DNA of 64,000 nucleotides from an uncultured Planctomycetota bacterium (lineage in GTDB: Bacteria; Planctomycetota; Planctomycetia; Isosphaerales; Isosphaeraceae), in NCBI GenBank assembly GCA_963737655.1, contig CAVTTN010000002.1:5088001-5152000 (forward strand), given 5' to 3'. Below are positions 1-10,102 of the stretch, in pieces. Numbering within the stretch: the stretch's first letter is position 1; each line of letters opens with the position of its first letter. The notes under the pieces were generated by a model. It saw only the letters and a program-made list of their open reading frames with translations, did not search any database and had not been told where the DNA came from. The translations under genes and the position numbers were made by a program.

Positions 1-44
1 TCGAGTCGGGCATTCCAGAGGTCCAGGAATTCTCGGCAGGTCAT
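1..44 (-). CDS. Start of probable anti-sigma factor (zf-HC2-like), truncated at window edge
   Basis: ATG at 44 reads MTCREFLDLWNARL..., the typical MxC..F..L start of ECF anti-sigma factors; directly downstream of the ECF sigma gene. Confidence 0.6.
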   Translation of the reverse strand, partial: MTCREFLDLWNARL

Positions 45-84
45 GGGCGGGAGCTCTCGAGCGAAGGGGAACGCGTCGCGAAGG

Positions 85-636
85 CTAACATCGGACCCCC
101 CGGCGGCTGAGGTCCTCGGCGAGCTCGGCCCGGGCGCGGTGGAGCCAGGTCTTGATCGTGCCGACGGGCCGGCCCAGGGCCAGGCCGATCTCCTCGTAAG
201 GCAAGCCCTGTTCGTGATAGAGCGTGAAGACGGCCTGATATTCGGGTCGGAGCCGGGCCAGGGCCCGGGCGATCTCGCCGGCGAGGTCGTCGGGGTCGGC
301 CAGGCCGGGGCGGAGGTCCACCGGGTCGTCCACCGGATCGGCCAGGACCGGGCGTTTCGACCGCTTGGCCAGGGCCGTCCGGCAGCGGTTGGCGGCGATC
401 CCGAGGAGCCAGGGGCGCAACGGCCGATCCCGGTCGAACCCCGAGACGCCCCGCATCGCCCGGACGAACGTCTCCTGGGCGACGTCCTCGGCGTCCTGGC
501 GATGGCCGGTCATCCTCAGGCAGAGCCCGAACACCACGCCTTCGAATCGTTCGACGAGCCATCGAGGCGCCCTCGGGTCCCCCGAGCGGAGCGCATCGAC
601 CAAGGCGCGATCGTCAATCGTCGGATGTTCGCCCAC
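85..636 (-). CDS. ECF RNA polymerase sigma-70 factor (SigW/RpoE-like)
   Basis: C-terminal part of ORF 85..1473; region 2 [13 protein letters not shown]...WLLGIAAN and region 4 [26 protein letters not shown] start chosen at 636. Confidence 0.9.
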   Translation of the reverse strand: MGEHPTIDDRALVDALRSGDPRAPRWLVERFEGVVFGLCLRMTGHRQDAEDVAQETFVRAMRGVSGFDRDRPLRPWLLGIAANRCRTALAKRSKRPVLADPVDDPVDLRPGLADPDDLAGEIARALARLRPEYQAVFTLYHEQGLPYEEIGLALGRPVGTIKTWLHRARAELAEDLSRRGVRC

Positions 637-669
637 GCGCCGGTCGAGCTCCCCGGTCGGACATCCACG

Positions 670-698
670 GATACCCCGGGGACGCCCCGTCCGTTTCA
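670..698 (-). promoter_or_regulatory. Putative ECF-type (possibly autoregulatory) promoter
   Basis: TGAAAC-N17-GGTAT on the minus strand just upstream of the sigma gene; resembles SigW-type TGAAAC...CGTA. Confidence 0.35.
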
Positions 699-727
699 AG
701 TTCGCCGGACGGTCGCGGGAATTGGAA

Positions 728-971
728 AAAGCAGTGGGCAGAAAGCAGTGGGCAGTGGGCAGAAAGCAGTGGGCAGAAAGCAGTGGGCAGTGGGCAGTGG
801 GCAGTGGGCAGTGGGCAGTGGGCAGTGGGCAGAAAGCAGTGGGCAGAATGAAGAAGAGGCTTCCGCCTTGTCTCTCCCTCTTCGCACTGCCCACTGCCCA
901 CTGCCCACTGCCCACTGCCCACTGCCCACTGCCCACTGCTTTCTGCCCACTGCTTTCTGCCCACTGCCCAC
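728..971. repeat. Inverted tandem heptamer array (GCAGTGG/GCAGAAA)n - spacer - (CCACTGC/TTTCTGC)n
   Basis: About 17 units at 731-849, a ~35 nt spacer, then about 12 reverse-complement units at 885-971; can fold into a long hairpin. Confidence 0.95.
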
Positions 972-974
972 GAT

Positions 975-1352
975 TCAGTCCGCGATCCCCGCGGCGATGG
1001 CGTTGAGTTCTTCGGGGGAGGTGTCGCCGAAGAGCTTGCCCTGGATGCGGAGTTCGTCCTCGATGCGGAGGGCGATCTCGTGGAGTTCGGGGGAGTCGAT
1101 CCTCCAGGCGATGTCGGCCAGCTCGGCGGGCTCGATTTCGCCGAGTCGCCGGCCGAGCCGTTCGAGCTCGGATTCGAGTCGGAGCATGGTCTCGAGCATC
1201 TGGGCGTGGGTGTCGGACGACCCGCCGACCATCAGGCACTCCTCGCCGGTGATGATGCGGTAGGGGCCATCCTCGCCCTCGGGGCCGTCGAGGCCCAGGC
1301 CGATGATGGTGGCCATCAGGCGTCTCGGCGTGCCCTGGGATTGCGTCGTCAT
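975..1352 (-). CDS. Hypothetical acidic protein
   Basis: Clean ORF with protein-like composition (IIGLGLDG...[18 protein letters not shown]); internal repeat LGEIEPAEL / FGDTSPEEL. Confidence 0.7.
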   Translation of the reverse strand: MTTQSQGTPRRLMATIIGLGLDGPEGEDGPYRIITGEECLMVGGSSDTHAQMLETMLRLESELERLGRRLGEIEPAELADIAWRIDSPELHEIALRIEDELRIQGKLFGDTSPEELNAIAAGIAD

Positions 1353-1543
1353 CGGGAGGGGGGCCTTTCGAGGAGAGGGAGCCGGGGTCGGACCGTCGCG
1401 GTCCGACGGGTGCCGCGGCGGGCGTCCCCGGGCCGAACCCGGGGCCGACCGGCCACGCCCTTCTTATCGGCACCCCGCGCGGTCCAAGCCAGGGCCCGAG
1501 GCGGCGAATCGCCGGCCCTCGGGCGCCCCTCCCGGCGCGGCTC

Positions 1544-1765
1544 TCACGACCCGCCCAGGCATTCCTTGGCGGTATTTCGCGCCACCCGATACGCGGCGCG
1601 GACGGTGATGGCCCGGGCCTCGATCTGCTCCTCGCCGAAGAGCCTCCCCTCGCTCGGCGGCAGGCCCGCCAGGGCGATCGTCAGCGGCAGGAGGTCGAGG
1701 AATTGCCGGTACTTCTGCTGGAGGTCGCCTGTCGAAGCTCCGTCGGCCACGGCTCTGCTCCCCAT
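1544..1765 (-). CDS. Small hypothetical protein (73 aa)
   Basis: [35 protein letters not shown], non-shadow composition. Confidence 0.7.
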   Translation of the reverse strand: MGSRAVADGASTGDLQQKYRQFLDLLPLTIALAGLPPSEGRLFGEEQIEARAITVRAAYRVARNTAKECLGGS

Positions 1766-1845
1766 CGAGGCTCGGTTGAGAGAGAAGGCGGGGGCCGGCT
1801 GGGCCGCCCGTCGCGAACATTCCGACCGTCTTTATCGTACTGACT

Positions 1846-1874
1846 TTGACGCGAGAGTGTTAAGCTGATATCGT
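1846..1874 (+). promoter_or_regulatory. Putative sigma70 promoter of helicase gene
   Basis: TTGACG-N17-TATCGT in an AT-richer patch. Confidence 0.5.
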
Positions 1875-1940
1875 GAAAAGACTCCCGGGGCCGACCCGCC
1901 CCGGCCCCACCCCGCGGCCCTTCCCCTTCTCCCATCTCGT

Positions 1941-3176
1941 TTGGAGGTTTGTTTGATCCAACGCTCCGAAGACGACCCCCCTCCGGGGTTCGCCTCCCTG
2001 GGCCTGAGCGGCCCGACCCTCAAGGCCCTCAAGAAGGTGGGCTACGTCGCCCCCTCGCCGATCCAGGCCGCCCTGATCCCCGAGGCCCTCGACGGCCACG
2101 ACGTCATCGGCCAGGCCAAGACCGGCACCGGCAAGACGGCCGCCTTCGCCCTCCCCCTGATCGAGATGCTGGAGGCTCGCGGCAAGGGCCCCCAGGGCAT
2201 CATCCTCGCGCCCACCCGCGAGCTCGTCCAGCAGATCGTCGTCGAGACCGAGAAGCTCGCCTACGGCCAGGATGTCTCGGTCTGCGGCATCTACGGCGGC
2301 GAGCCGATCGAGCGCCAGTTGCGCAAGCTCGCCCGAGGCGTCGACCTCGTCGTCGGCACCCCCGGACGGGTGATCGACCACATCGAGCGCGGCACCCTCT
2401 ACCTCGGCGACATCTTCCACGTCGTCCTGGACGAGGCCGACCGCATGCTCGACATCGGCTTCCGGCCCGACATCGAGCGCATCCTGCGGAGGGTCCCCGA
2501 CCCCCACCAGACCTTGCTGCTCTCGGCCACCATCTCCGACGACGTCCGCAAGCTCGCCCGCCGGTACATGTACCGGGCCGTCGAGATGAACCTCTCCACC
2601 GACGAGCCGTCGGTCGAGACCATCCAGCAGTTCTACGTGACGGTCGATCACGACCGCAAGTTCGACCTGCTCCTCCACCTCCTGGAGCGCGAGCAGCCCC
2701 GCCAGTGCATCGTCTTCACTCGCACCAAGCGAGGGGCGGACAAGCTGGCCGACAAGCTCCGAGGCCGCGTCAAGGGCGTCTCCACCATCCACGGCGACCT
2801 GCCCCAGACCACCCGCAACCGCGTGATGCAGGGCTTCCGCGACGGCTCCATCCCCGTCCTGATCGCCACCGACGTCGTCGGCCGAGGCATCGACGTCAAC
2901 GACATCAGCCACGTGATCAACTACGACATCCCCGACGACCCGGAGAATTATCTCCACCGGATCGGCCGGACCGGCCGGATGGGCAAGGACGGCCTGGCCT
3001 ACATGTTCGTCGGACCCGACCAGGGCGAGCCCCTGACGGCCATCGAGAACCTCATCAACAAGACGATCCCCGTCCACAAGCCCGAGGGCTTCGAGGCCTA
3101 TCGCCGCGAGGAACGCCGCGAGAACGCCGTGAAGGTGCTCTGGAGCACCACCGACCGATTCGCCACCGCCCGCTGA
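1941..3176 (+). CDS. DEAD-box ATP-dependent RNA helicase
   Basis: Q motif (GY..PSPIQ), AKTGTGKT, PTRELV, TPGR, DEAD, SAT, HRIGRTGR. Confidence 0.95.
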   Translation: MEVCLIQRSEDDPPPGFASLGLSGPTLKALKKVGYVAPSPIQAALIPEALDGHDVIGQAKTGTGKTAAFALPLIEMLEARGKGPQGIILAPTRELVQQIVVETEKLAYGQDVSVCGIYGGEPIERQLRKLARGVDLVVGTPGRVIDHIERGTLYLGDIFHVVLDEADRMLDIGFRPDIERILRRVPDPHQTLLLSATISDDVRKLARRYMYRAVEMNLSTDEPSVETIQQFYVTVDHDRKFDLLLHLLEREQPRQCIVFTRTKRGADKLADKLRGRVKGVSTIHGDLPQTTRNRVMQGFRDGSIPVLIATDVVGRGIDVNDISHVINYDIPDDPENYLHRIGRTGRMGKDGLAYMFVGPDQGEPLTAIENLINKTIPVHKPEGFEAYRREERRENAVKVLWSTTDRFATAR

Positions 3177-3257
3177 CTCACGAACGAGACGCGGCTTGCG
3201 ACGCGACGGCTTCGACAGATCGGATGAGCGGAGAGAGGCATGCGGATCGGGCGCCAA

Positions 3258-4571
3258 TCAAGCGCCGCCGGATGCCTCTCCGGGTTTCCGCCGGCCAAGA
3301 GAATCGGCGAGGTCGCCGAAGACCTCCAGGGCGACGGCTCGAAGCCCCTCGATCTCGGCCCTCTCGCGACCATAGAGCACCCGATCGCACCCGGCGACCA
3401 GACCGCCCGCCGATCCGGCGAGCCTCGCGTCTCCGAGAAGATGGAGGATCGTCTCCGCGGCCTCCGAGGCCGTGAGGACGCCCGGCCCTCGGCCCCCTCC
3501 GGCGTGGAGCGCCTCGGCCAGCCGATCGACGATCCGCCGGGCCATCGCCTCGGGGTCGGGCTCGTCGCGGATCTCATCCCTCGCGATTCTCAGGAGGCCG
3601 GCGGGGTCCGGGACGGCGCGACGCCTCCGCCCCCGGCGCATCCCTTCGACGATCGCGGCCCCGAGGCCCAGGATCGCCGCGCCCAGGCCGACGGCCACGC
3701 CCCATCCCGGCCCGGTCGATCGAACAAGCGGACCGATCAGGTCGCCCGCCTCGACCGAGGGCACGTCCACGACCTCGATCGGCACGGCGTTCGATGCGGT
3801 CGTCTGGTATCGGCCGGACGACGGGTCGAACCAGTCGATCCGGACCGGGGGGATCGCGGCCTTTCCCGGCTTCGACGGCCGGACGCCGAACCGGAACGTC
3901 CGGGACGGCGGATCCACGGCCGAGGAATCGGCCCGGACCAGGATTCGGGCCCCGATCGGCAGGCGGGCGAGGTCCGCAAGGTCGGGCGGCCGGGCCGACC
4001 CGAGGGCGCCCGGCCCTCGGAGTTCGATCGTGTATTCCACCTCCTCGCCGACCCGCAACCGCCTCCGATCGACGGTCGCGACCGCCTCGACCCGGCCGAT
4101 CCCTCCCAGGAACCGCCCGGTCCGTCCCGAAGCCGGCGGCAAGCGGGCCTCGATCCGCCGGGGCGCGGTCGAGCCGTCGAGAGACCCGCTTCGGACCCGG
4201 ATCGACGGGACCGTCAACGTCCCCGCCCGCTTCGGGACCGCCGAGACCGGCACGCGGACCTCGAACACCTCGCTCGCCCTCCCGCCGATCGCCGAGGAAT
4301 CGACGGTCACCAACGTCACCGAGCCGCTTCGCCGGATCTCCACGGGGTCCTCCGGCCAATCGACCCGAGGAAGCTCCGGGCCGCCGACATAAACGATCCG
4401 GCCCTCGACGATCTGCCCCACGAACACCGGGCCCGGAGGGAGCACCAATCGAGGGCGGAACGGCCGATCCTGGGCGGTGGCGATCGCGGGGAGAAGGACC
4501 AGGATCCCGACCCATCCCCACGAGGCGATCCTCGGACGAGGCCTCACCGGCTCACCAGTCCTTCCGGCCAT
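3258..4571 (-). CDS. BatD-like protein
   Basis: Signal-like N-terminus, Ig-like repeats (VFVGQ..., VGEEVEYTIEL, IPPVRIDWFDPSSGRY), C-terminal TM; follows two VWA genes. Confidence 0.65.
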   Translation of the reverse strand: MAGRTGEPVRPRPRIASWGWVGILVLLPAIATAQDRPFRPRLVLPPGPVFVGQIVEGRIVYVGGPELPRVDWPEDPVEIRRSGSVTLVTVDSSAIGGRASEVFEVRVPVSAVPKRAGTLTVPSIRVRSGSLDGSTAPRRIEARLPPASGRTGRFLGGIGRVEAVATVDRRRLRVGEEVEYTIELRGPGALGSARPPDLADLARLPIGARILVRADSSAVDPPSRTFRFGVRPSKPGKAAIPPVRIDWFDPSSGRYQTTASNAVPIEVVDVPSVEAGDLIGPLVRSTGPGWGVAVGLGAAILGLGAAIVEGMRRGRRRRAVPDPAGLLRIARDEIRDEPDPEAMARRIVDRLAEALHAGGGRGPGVLTASEAAETILHLLGDARLAGSAGGLVAGCDRVLYGRERAEIEGLRAVALEVFGDLADSLGRRKPGEASGGA

Positions 4572-6273
4572 TGTCGGCCGACGCGGGCGGCGGGGGGACG
4601 TCGAGCCGGCCCTGACGGGCCTTCTTCACGTCGTCGAGCATCCGGTCGAGGTCGCTCTCGGGCGATTCGGCCTTCTGGGGCGGGGGTTCGGACTTCGGAT
4701 CGGCCTTCGTCGCGGACGGCGGCGGGTTCGTCCCGGGGTTGGGCGGGGGATTCGCCGGGTCGCCGGGGCCTGGGGACGTGTCGTCCTTCGGCCCGGGCGA
4801 TTTGGGCGTCTTCCCGCGATCCCCCCGGCCGTCCCGGTCGCCGTCCTCGTCGGGCTGGGGCTGGGGCGGGGGCGGGACCTGCTTCCTGGCGAACTCGCGG
4901 TTGATGGCCGCATCCGCCTTCACCGGGTCGAGCCCCTCGGCCGACGATTTGAGGCAATCGTCATAATGTTTCAACGCCTCGGGATAATGCCCCCGGGCCA
5001 CGGCCACGTTGCCCAGGGCGTAGTCGATCCGGGCCCGGAGCGACGGGTCGGCCGACTCTCGGGCCGTCCGATAAAGGGCTTCCGCCTCGTCGTACTTCCC
5101 CATCTGAAAGAGGGTCGCCCCGAGATTGCAGGCGGGGATCGCCGATTTCGGGGCGAGCTCTCGGGCCCGAGCGAACGCCTTCAAGGCCGCCTCATAATCG
5201 CCGCGACGATAGGCCGAGTCCCCGGTTTTCACCGCCTGGGCCGGCGTCCCGGGGGGCGAGCCCGCGCCGATCCCGACCCCGATCAGCCCCGCCGCCGCCA
5301 GGACGAACCCTCGCCTCCTCTTCGGCCAGACCGACCCGGCGAGGATTCCCGCGCCCACCAGGATGAACGCCTCGGAACGATCGGCGCGCTCGGGAGGCCG
5401 GGTCGCGGCCCGTTCCCTCGTCTCGCTCGGGGCGATCTTCTCGCGATAGAGCGAGCCGAGATCGGCCCTCGCCACCCCCATCGGCACCAGGACGCCCCCG
5501 GTGGCCTTGCGGATCGTTTCGAGGGCATCGTCGGCCCGTTTCGTGAGGACGATTTCCCCGTTTCGGACCAGCTCCGCCGCCCCTGCGCCCGAGGGGATCG
5601 GATGCCCCTGGCGATCGTCCCCCACGGCGACGGCGTGGACGATCACGCGCCTCTCCCGGAGCCGATCCACGAGCTTCGGCCAGCGGTCCTCGTGGTCCTC
5701 GCCGTCGGAAAACACGACGATGGTCCGCCCCCCGGCCGTCTCCTGGTCGTCGAAGACGTCGAGGGCGGCGACGAGGGCGTTGCCCAGGTCGGTCCCTCCG
5801 GGCTGGACCTGGCCGGGACGGAGGTCGCGGAGGGCGTCCCGGGCCGCGCCGAGGTTCTCGGTCAACGGGCACTTGATCACGCCCCGGCCCGCGAACGCGA
5901 CGACGGCCACGCGCTCGCCTTCCCTGCCTTCGAGGGCCGCGATCAGGCCATCGGCGGCCGTCACGGCGGCTCCGAGGCGGTCGGGGACGGCGTCCTCGGC
6001 GGCCATGCTCCGGCTGACGTCCACGAGCAAGACCACGTCATGGCCGGGCGGCAAGCCGCCGCCCTCGGCCTGCCCCCAGCGAGGCCCGGCCAACGCGACG
6101 ACGAGGACCGCCGTGGCCAGAACGACCGGCCAGAAGGGTTCCCGGCGAAGCCGTCCCGACGCGCCGAGGCGGGCCCAGTCGCGGGCCCGTCGCCGGTTCG
6201 ATCGCCGGGCCAGGAAGACCAGGCCGACCGCCGCCGTGAGGAAGATCAGGAGCTCGGGCCGTGCCAGGTCCAC
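4552..6273 (-). CDS. VWA + TPR protein (BatB/BatC fusion)
   Basis: N-terminal TM, LAGPRWG, MIDAS DVSRSM, FSDGEDH, then TPR repeats and a Pro/Asp-rich tail. Confidence 0.85.
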   Translation of the reverse strand: MDLARPELLIFLTAAVGLVFLARRSNRRRARDWARLGASGRLRREPFWPVVLATAVLVVALAGPRWGQAEGGGLPPGHDVVLLVDVSRSMAAEDAVPDRLGAAVTAADGLIAALEGREGERVAVVAFAGRGVIKCPLTENLGAARDALRDLRPGQVQPGGTDLGNALVAALDVFDDQETAGGRTIVVFSDGEDHEDRWPKLVDRLRERRVIVHAVAVGDDRQGHPIPSGAGAAELVRNGEIVLTKRADDALETIRKATGGVLVPMGVARADLGSLYREKIAPSETRERAATRPPERADRSEAFILVGAGILAGSVWPKRRRGFVLAAAGLIGVGIGAGSPPGTPAQAVKTGDSAYRRGDYEAALKAFARARELAPKSAIPACNLGATLFQMGKYDEAEALYRTARESADPSLRARIDYALGNVAVARGHYPEALKHYDDCLKSSAEGLDPVKADAAINREFARKQVPPPPQPQPDEDGDRDGRGDRGKTPKSPGPKDDTSPGPGDPANPPPNPGTNPPPSATKADPKSEPPPQKAESPESDLDRMLDDVKKARQGRLDVPPPPASADNGRKDW

Positions 6274-6298
6274 GGAGGGGATTGCCTCGGAGTTCGCG

Positions 6299-7303
6299 TC
6301 ACGGCAAGCGGCGCAGGGGGCCGGCGGACAGGAGCCGTTCCAGGACGATCAAGCCGATCGCGAGGCCGACCCAGAGCGGATATCCTTCACGATAGCGGGT
6401 CCGCACCGTCCCGGCCACGGCGGATTTCTCCAGCCGGTCAATCTCCTCGAAGACGGATTGGAGCCGGTCGGAATCCTCGGCCGAGAACGCCCGGCCCCCG
6501 CCGATCTCGGCGATCCGGGCGAGCCGTTCGACGTCCGGCCCCGGGTCGGCCGGGGCGCCGTCGTCCCTCGCCGAGGGCCTGCCGACGGCGATCGTGTGGA
6601 GGGTGATCCCGAGCCCTTGCGCGACCCGGGCCGCGTCCTCGGGCTCGATCGGCCGGGCGTCCCGGGTCGCGGCGGGGACGTCGCGGCCGTCGGTCAACAG
6701 GATGAGCACCTTTTTCTTCGACGGCTCCGGCCGCAATTCCCCGAGCCCGAACGCGATGGCGAACCCCAGGCTCGTGGCGTCCTCGTCGATCCGGGCCGGC
6801 CGGATCGCCCGGGCGGCCTCGATCAGGAACGCATGATCGAGCGTGGGCGCGGCCATCCGTTCGGGCACCTTCGCGAACGCGATCAGGCCGATCGGGTCGT
6901 CGGGCCGACCCTCGACGAACGTCGCAAACGTCCTCTTGGCCGATTCGAGCCGGGAGATCGTCCCGGACGCCCCGGCGAAATCCTCGGCCGTCATGCTCGT
7001 GCTTCGGTCGATGGCGACCTCGATCGCCACGCCCTTCGCCGCGATCCGAGTCGATCCGCCGATCGCCCGGGGCCGGGCCGCCGCGACGGCCAGGCTTGCG
7101 AACGCCAGGCTCAGGAGGAGCGAAGGCACGAGCCGAAGCCAGCCGGCGCGGCCCCTCGGGGCCGTGGCGAACGCCGAGATCGTCGGCCAACCGACCCTCG
7201 CCCGCGACCTCGACCGAACCCACGGCAAGACGCACATCGCCAGCAACACCAGCCCCGACGGCTCCGCGAGATGCCAGGTCGTCCCGAAGATCGTCCATTC
7301 CAT
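6299..7303 (-). CDS. VWA domain protein (BatA-like)
   Basis: AAARPR, DRSTSM MIDAS, LILLTDG, LQSVFEEIDRLEKS; start chosen at MEWTIFG. Confidence 0.85.
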   Translation of the reverse strand: MEWTIFGTTWHLAEPSGLVLLAMCVLPWVRSRSRARVGWPTISAFATAPRGRAGWLRLVPSLLLSLAFASLAVAAARPRAIGGSTRIAAKGVAIEVAIDRSTSMTAEDFAGASGTISRLESAKRTFATFVEGRPDDPIGLIAFAKVPERMAAPTLDHAFLIEAARAIRPARIDEDATSLGFAIAFGLGELRPEPSKKKVLILLTDGRDVPAATRDARPIEPEDAARVAQGLGITLHTIAVGRPSARDDGAPADPGPDVERLARIAEIGGGRAFSAEDSDRLQSVFEEIDRLEKSAVAGTVRTRYREGYPLWVGLAIGLIVLERLLSAGPLRRLP

Positions 7304-7372
7304 CGGGGAAATCTCTCGGAAAGAGATCGATCCGCAGAGGACGCCGATTTCGCAGAGGAAGACGACATGGGA

Positions 7373-7516
7373 TTGCTCCGTGGAAAACCCCATGGAGAAT
7401 GAGGAAAACGAGTAGGTCCGACTTCAGTCGGGCCTGCGAAACAAGACCTTTTTGTAGGCCCGACTGAAGTCGGACCTACTCGTTTCCTCTCCATCGCCGA
7501 GTTTTCTACAGAGCAA
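7373..7516. repeat. MITE/REPIN-like nested palindrome, family E copy 1
   Basis: Outer imperfect IR TTGCTCCGTGGAAAAC...GTTTTCTACAGAGCAA encloses inner IR GAGTAGGTCCGACTTCAGTCGGGCCT...AGGCCCGACTGAAGTCGGACCTACTC. Confidence 0.8.
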
Positions 7517-7555
7517 CAGGGGATCGAATTCTACTCGGCGTCCTCTGCGGATCGA

Positions 7556-8710
7556 TCAAGGATCTCTCGATTCTCGGTTCAGGGCCGATCGGGCGGCGCG
7601 GGCCCGGAGCAGGGCGGTTTCGGGGTCGGGATCGAGGATGGTCAGGTGGCCCATCTTGCGGCCGACCGCGGCGGTCTTCTTGGCGTAGAGGTGGATCTTC
7701 GCGCCCGGGTCGGATTCGAGGGCGTCGGCCCATCGCGGCTCGCCCCGGCTCCAGAGGTCGCCCAGGAGGTTGACCATCGCCGCCGGGCAAACCAGGTCGC
7801 TCGAACCCAGGGGCAGGCCGGCCAGGGCGCGCACCTGCTGCTCGAACTGGCTGGTCACGGCCGCCTCGATCGTCAGGTGGCCCGAGTTGTGCGGCCTCGG
7901 CGCCAGCTCGTTGATCAGCAAATCGCCGTCCGCCTTGAGGAAGAATTCGACGGTCAGGACGCCCACGGTCCCGAGCGCCTCGGCCACTCCCAGGGCGATC
8001 GAGCGGGCTTGCTGGGCCACCGCCGGGCCGACCGTCGCGGGCGAGACCGTGGCGTCGAGGATGTGCCGGTCGTGCTGGTTCCGGCAGACCGGATACGCGA
8101 CCGAGCAGCCGTCGTGGCCCCGGGCGACGACCACCGAGCACTCCCCGGCGAACTCGACGAACCCCTCCGCCACGCTCGCCACCCGGCCCAGGCTTGACCA
8201 GGCCGAGAGGGCGTCGCGCGGGTCGTCCACCCGGATCTGCCCCTTGCCGTCGTAGCCCGACGCGGCCGTCTTGAGGATCATCGGCGCGCCGAGGTCGCGG
8301 ACCGCCAGGTCCAGCTCCTCGTCCGACCGCACCGGCCGCCACGGGGCGAGCGCGAACCCGCATCCGGCGAGGAACGTCTTCTCGCGGAGCCGGTTCTGGC
8401 TGACCCAGACCGTCCGCCAGCCCGGCCGGACGACCTTCTTCCGGGCCAGCCACCGCAGGGCCGGCGCCGAGACGTTCTCGAACTCGACGGTGATCGCCTG
8501 GGCCATCTCGGCGAGCAAGCGAAGGGCCGGGAGCGAGTCGGGCGGGGCCACCAGGACCTCGTGGGCGATCTGGGCCGCGGGGGCGTCGAGCGTCGGGCTG
8601 AGCACGACGGTTCGATAGCCCAGGCGATGGGCCGCGACCAGGAACATCCGGCCCAGTTGCCCTCCGCCGATCACGCCGAGGGTCGCCGGGGGCAAGATCG
8701 GCCCGGTCAT
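7556..8710 (-). CDS. purK: N5-carboxyaminoimidazole ribonucleotide synthase
   Basis: [43 protein letters not shown]. Confidence 0.95.
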   Translation of the reverse strand: MTGPILPPATLGVIGGGQLGRMFLVAAHRLGYRTVVLSPTLDAPAAQIAHEVLVAPPDSLPALRLLAEMAQAITVEFENVSAPALRWLARKKVVRPGWRTVWVSQNRLREKTFLAGCGFALAPWRPVRSDEELDLAVRDLGAPMILKTAASGYDGKGQIRVDDPRDALSAWSSLGRVASVAEGFVEFAGECSVVVARGHDGCSVAYPVCRNQHDRHILDATVSPATVGPAVAQQARSIALGVAEALGTVGVLTVEFFLKADGDLLINELAPRPHNSGHLTIEAAVTSQFEQQVRALAGLPLGSSDLVCPAAMVNLLGDLWSRGEPRWADALESDPGAKIHLYAKKTAAVGRKMGHLTILDPDPETALLRARAARSALNRESRDP

Positions 8711-9219
8711 TCGGGCGTCTCCGCCACGCCCTCGGTCTGCTCGCGGCGAAATGTCGCCAACGCCTCGCGGATCGCCGGGTCTCGCCTCGCCAGGATCGCC
8801 GCCGCGAGCAAGGCGGCATTCGCCGCGCCCGCCGGGCCGATCGCCAGCGTCCCCACCGGGATCCCCTTCGGCATCTGGACGATCGACAGGAGCGAATCGA
8901 CGCCTCGCAACGCCTGGCTCTCGACCGGCACGCCCAGGACCGGCAACAACGTGACGGCGGCGAGCATCCCCGGCAGGTGGGCCGCGCCGCCGGCCCCGGC
9001 GATCAGCACTTCCAGGCCGCGAGACTCGGCCTCCCGGCCGTAGGACATCAGCCGATCGGGCGTCCGATGCGCCGAGACGACCCGCGATTCGTGGGCGATC
9101 CCCAGGGCGTGGAGCATCTCCGACGCCGCCCGGAGGGTCTCCCAGTCCGACCGGCTGCCCATGACCACCCCGACCCGGGGCCCGACCTGATCCGCCATCC
9201 CGATCCCCTCGCCGCTCAT
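8707..9219 (-). CDS. purE: N5-CAIR mutase
   Basis: [42 protein letters not shown]. Confidence 0.97.
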   Translation of the reverse strand: MSGEGIGMADQVGPRVGVVMGSRSDWETLRAASEMLHALGIAHESRVVSAHRTPDRLMSYGREAESRGLEVLIAGAGGAAHLPGMLAAVTLLPVLGVPVESQALRGVDSLLSIVQMPKGIPVGTLAIGPAGAANAALLAAAILARRDPAIREALATFRREQTEGVAETPE

Positions 9220-9236
9220 CTCAATCTCATCTCATC

Positions 9237-9686
9237 TCAGGCCACCACCGGGTCGCCCACCCGGATTGTACCACCCGAGACGATTCGCGCCCGCAACCCG
9301 CCCCGGTCGGCGAACCCCTTCAGCACTCCGGGCCGGGTCAGGCGTTCGAGATGCTGGCAGGGATGGCACGGCTCGACGCCTCGCAACGTCGCCTCGCCGA
9401 CCCGGAATTCCTTCCCGACCAGGCCATTCAGCCCGACCCCGCGAGTCACCACGTTCCTCCGGGTCTCGTCGATGCCGAACGGCAGTCCGGTCTCCTCGCG
9501 GAACGCCTCGATCGCCTCGATTTCGACCAGGGTGATCTCCTGTTCGGGGTTCAAGCCGCCGTCTTCTCGGAAATAGGTATCCCCTTCCAGCCCCCGGCCC
9601 GACTCGGCCCGGACTTCCTCCACCGAGGTCATCGGCCCGGCCTTCTTCGAGTGCAGAAAAACGGCCACGACGGCGGGAGAACTCAT
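9237..9686 (-). CDS. MOSC domain protein
   Basis: GRGLEGD, TRRNVVTRG, FRVGEA, PCHPC, RGGLRARIVSGGTIRVGD; start at MSSPAV. Confidence 0.85.
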   Translation of the reverse strand: MSSPAVVAVFLHSKKAGPMTSVEEVRAESGRGLEGDTYFREDGGLNPEQEITLVEIEAIEAFREETGLPFGIDETRRNVVTRGVGLNGLVGKEFRVGEATLRGVEPCHPCQHLERLTRPGVLKGFADRGGLRARIVSGGTIRVGDPVVA

Positions 9687-9798
9687 GGCGGTCGGCTCCG
9701 AATCCGAGAGGTGCGAACGTTCTTCGCGGATCAGACCGATTCTAGCACGAGCGGGTTCGCCCGGGAGCCACGCAACGCAACGGCCCGGCCTCTCCTTC

Positions 9799-9889
9799 CC
9801 GGGTGGCATGCTTACGTCCGCGTCAGCATGTCTTCGGTCACGCCCGAATCGAAGACATGCTGACGCGGACGTAAGCATGCGACCCCGGG
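9799..9889. repeat. REPIN-like palindrome, family A copy 1
   Basis: GGGTGGCATGCTTACGTCCGCGTCAGCATGTCTTCG...CGAAGACATGCTGACGCGGACGTAAGCATGC; related copies at 15.8 and 57.9 kb. Confidence 0.85.
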
Positions 9890-10102
9890 CGCATCCTGGG
9901 CGTTCGAGACCCTTCGACGCGGGCCCAGCGGCTCGAAACCGGCCCGCGGTTCCTGGCAATCCGGCGCCGGGCCGCGTATCCTGGGAGGGTCGATTTTGGG
10001 CCTCTCGTCGAGCCTCCCTCCTCCGACGGCCGATCGTCGCCCGCCCTTTTCGGCGTCCTCCGCCTCGCCGCTTCGCTCGCCCCGCCTCCTGGAGCCCTCG
10101 CC

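Noticed and set aside
365..1006. ORFs with WAVGSGQ / AHCPLPT repeats
   Set aside because: Translations of the non-coding heptamer array in several frames
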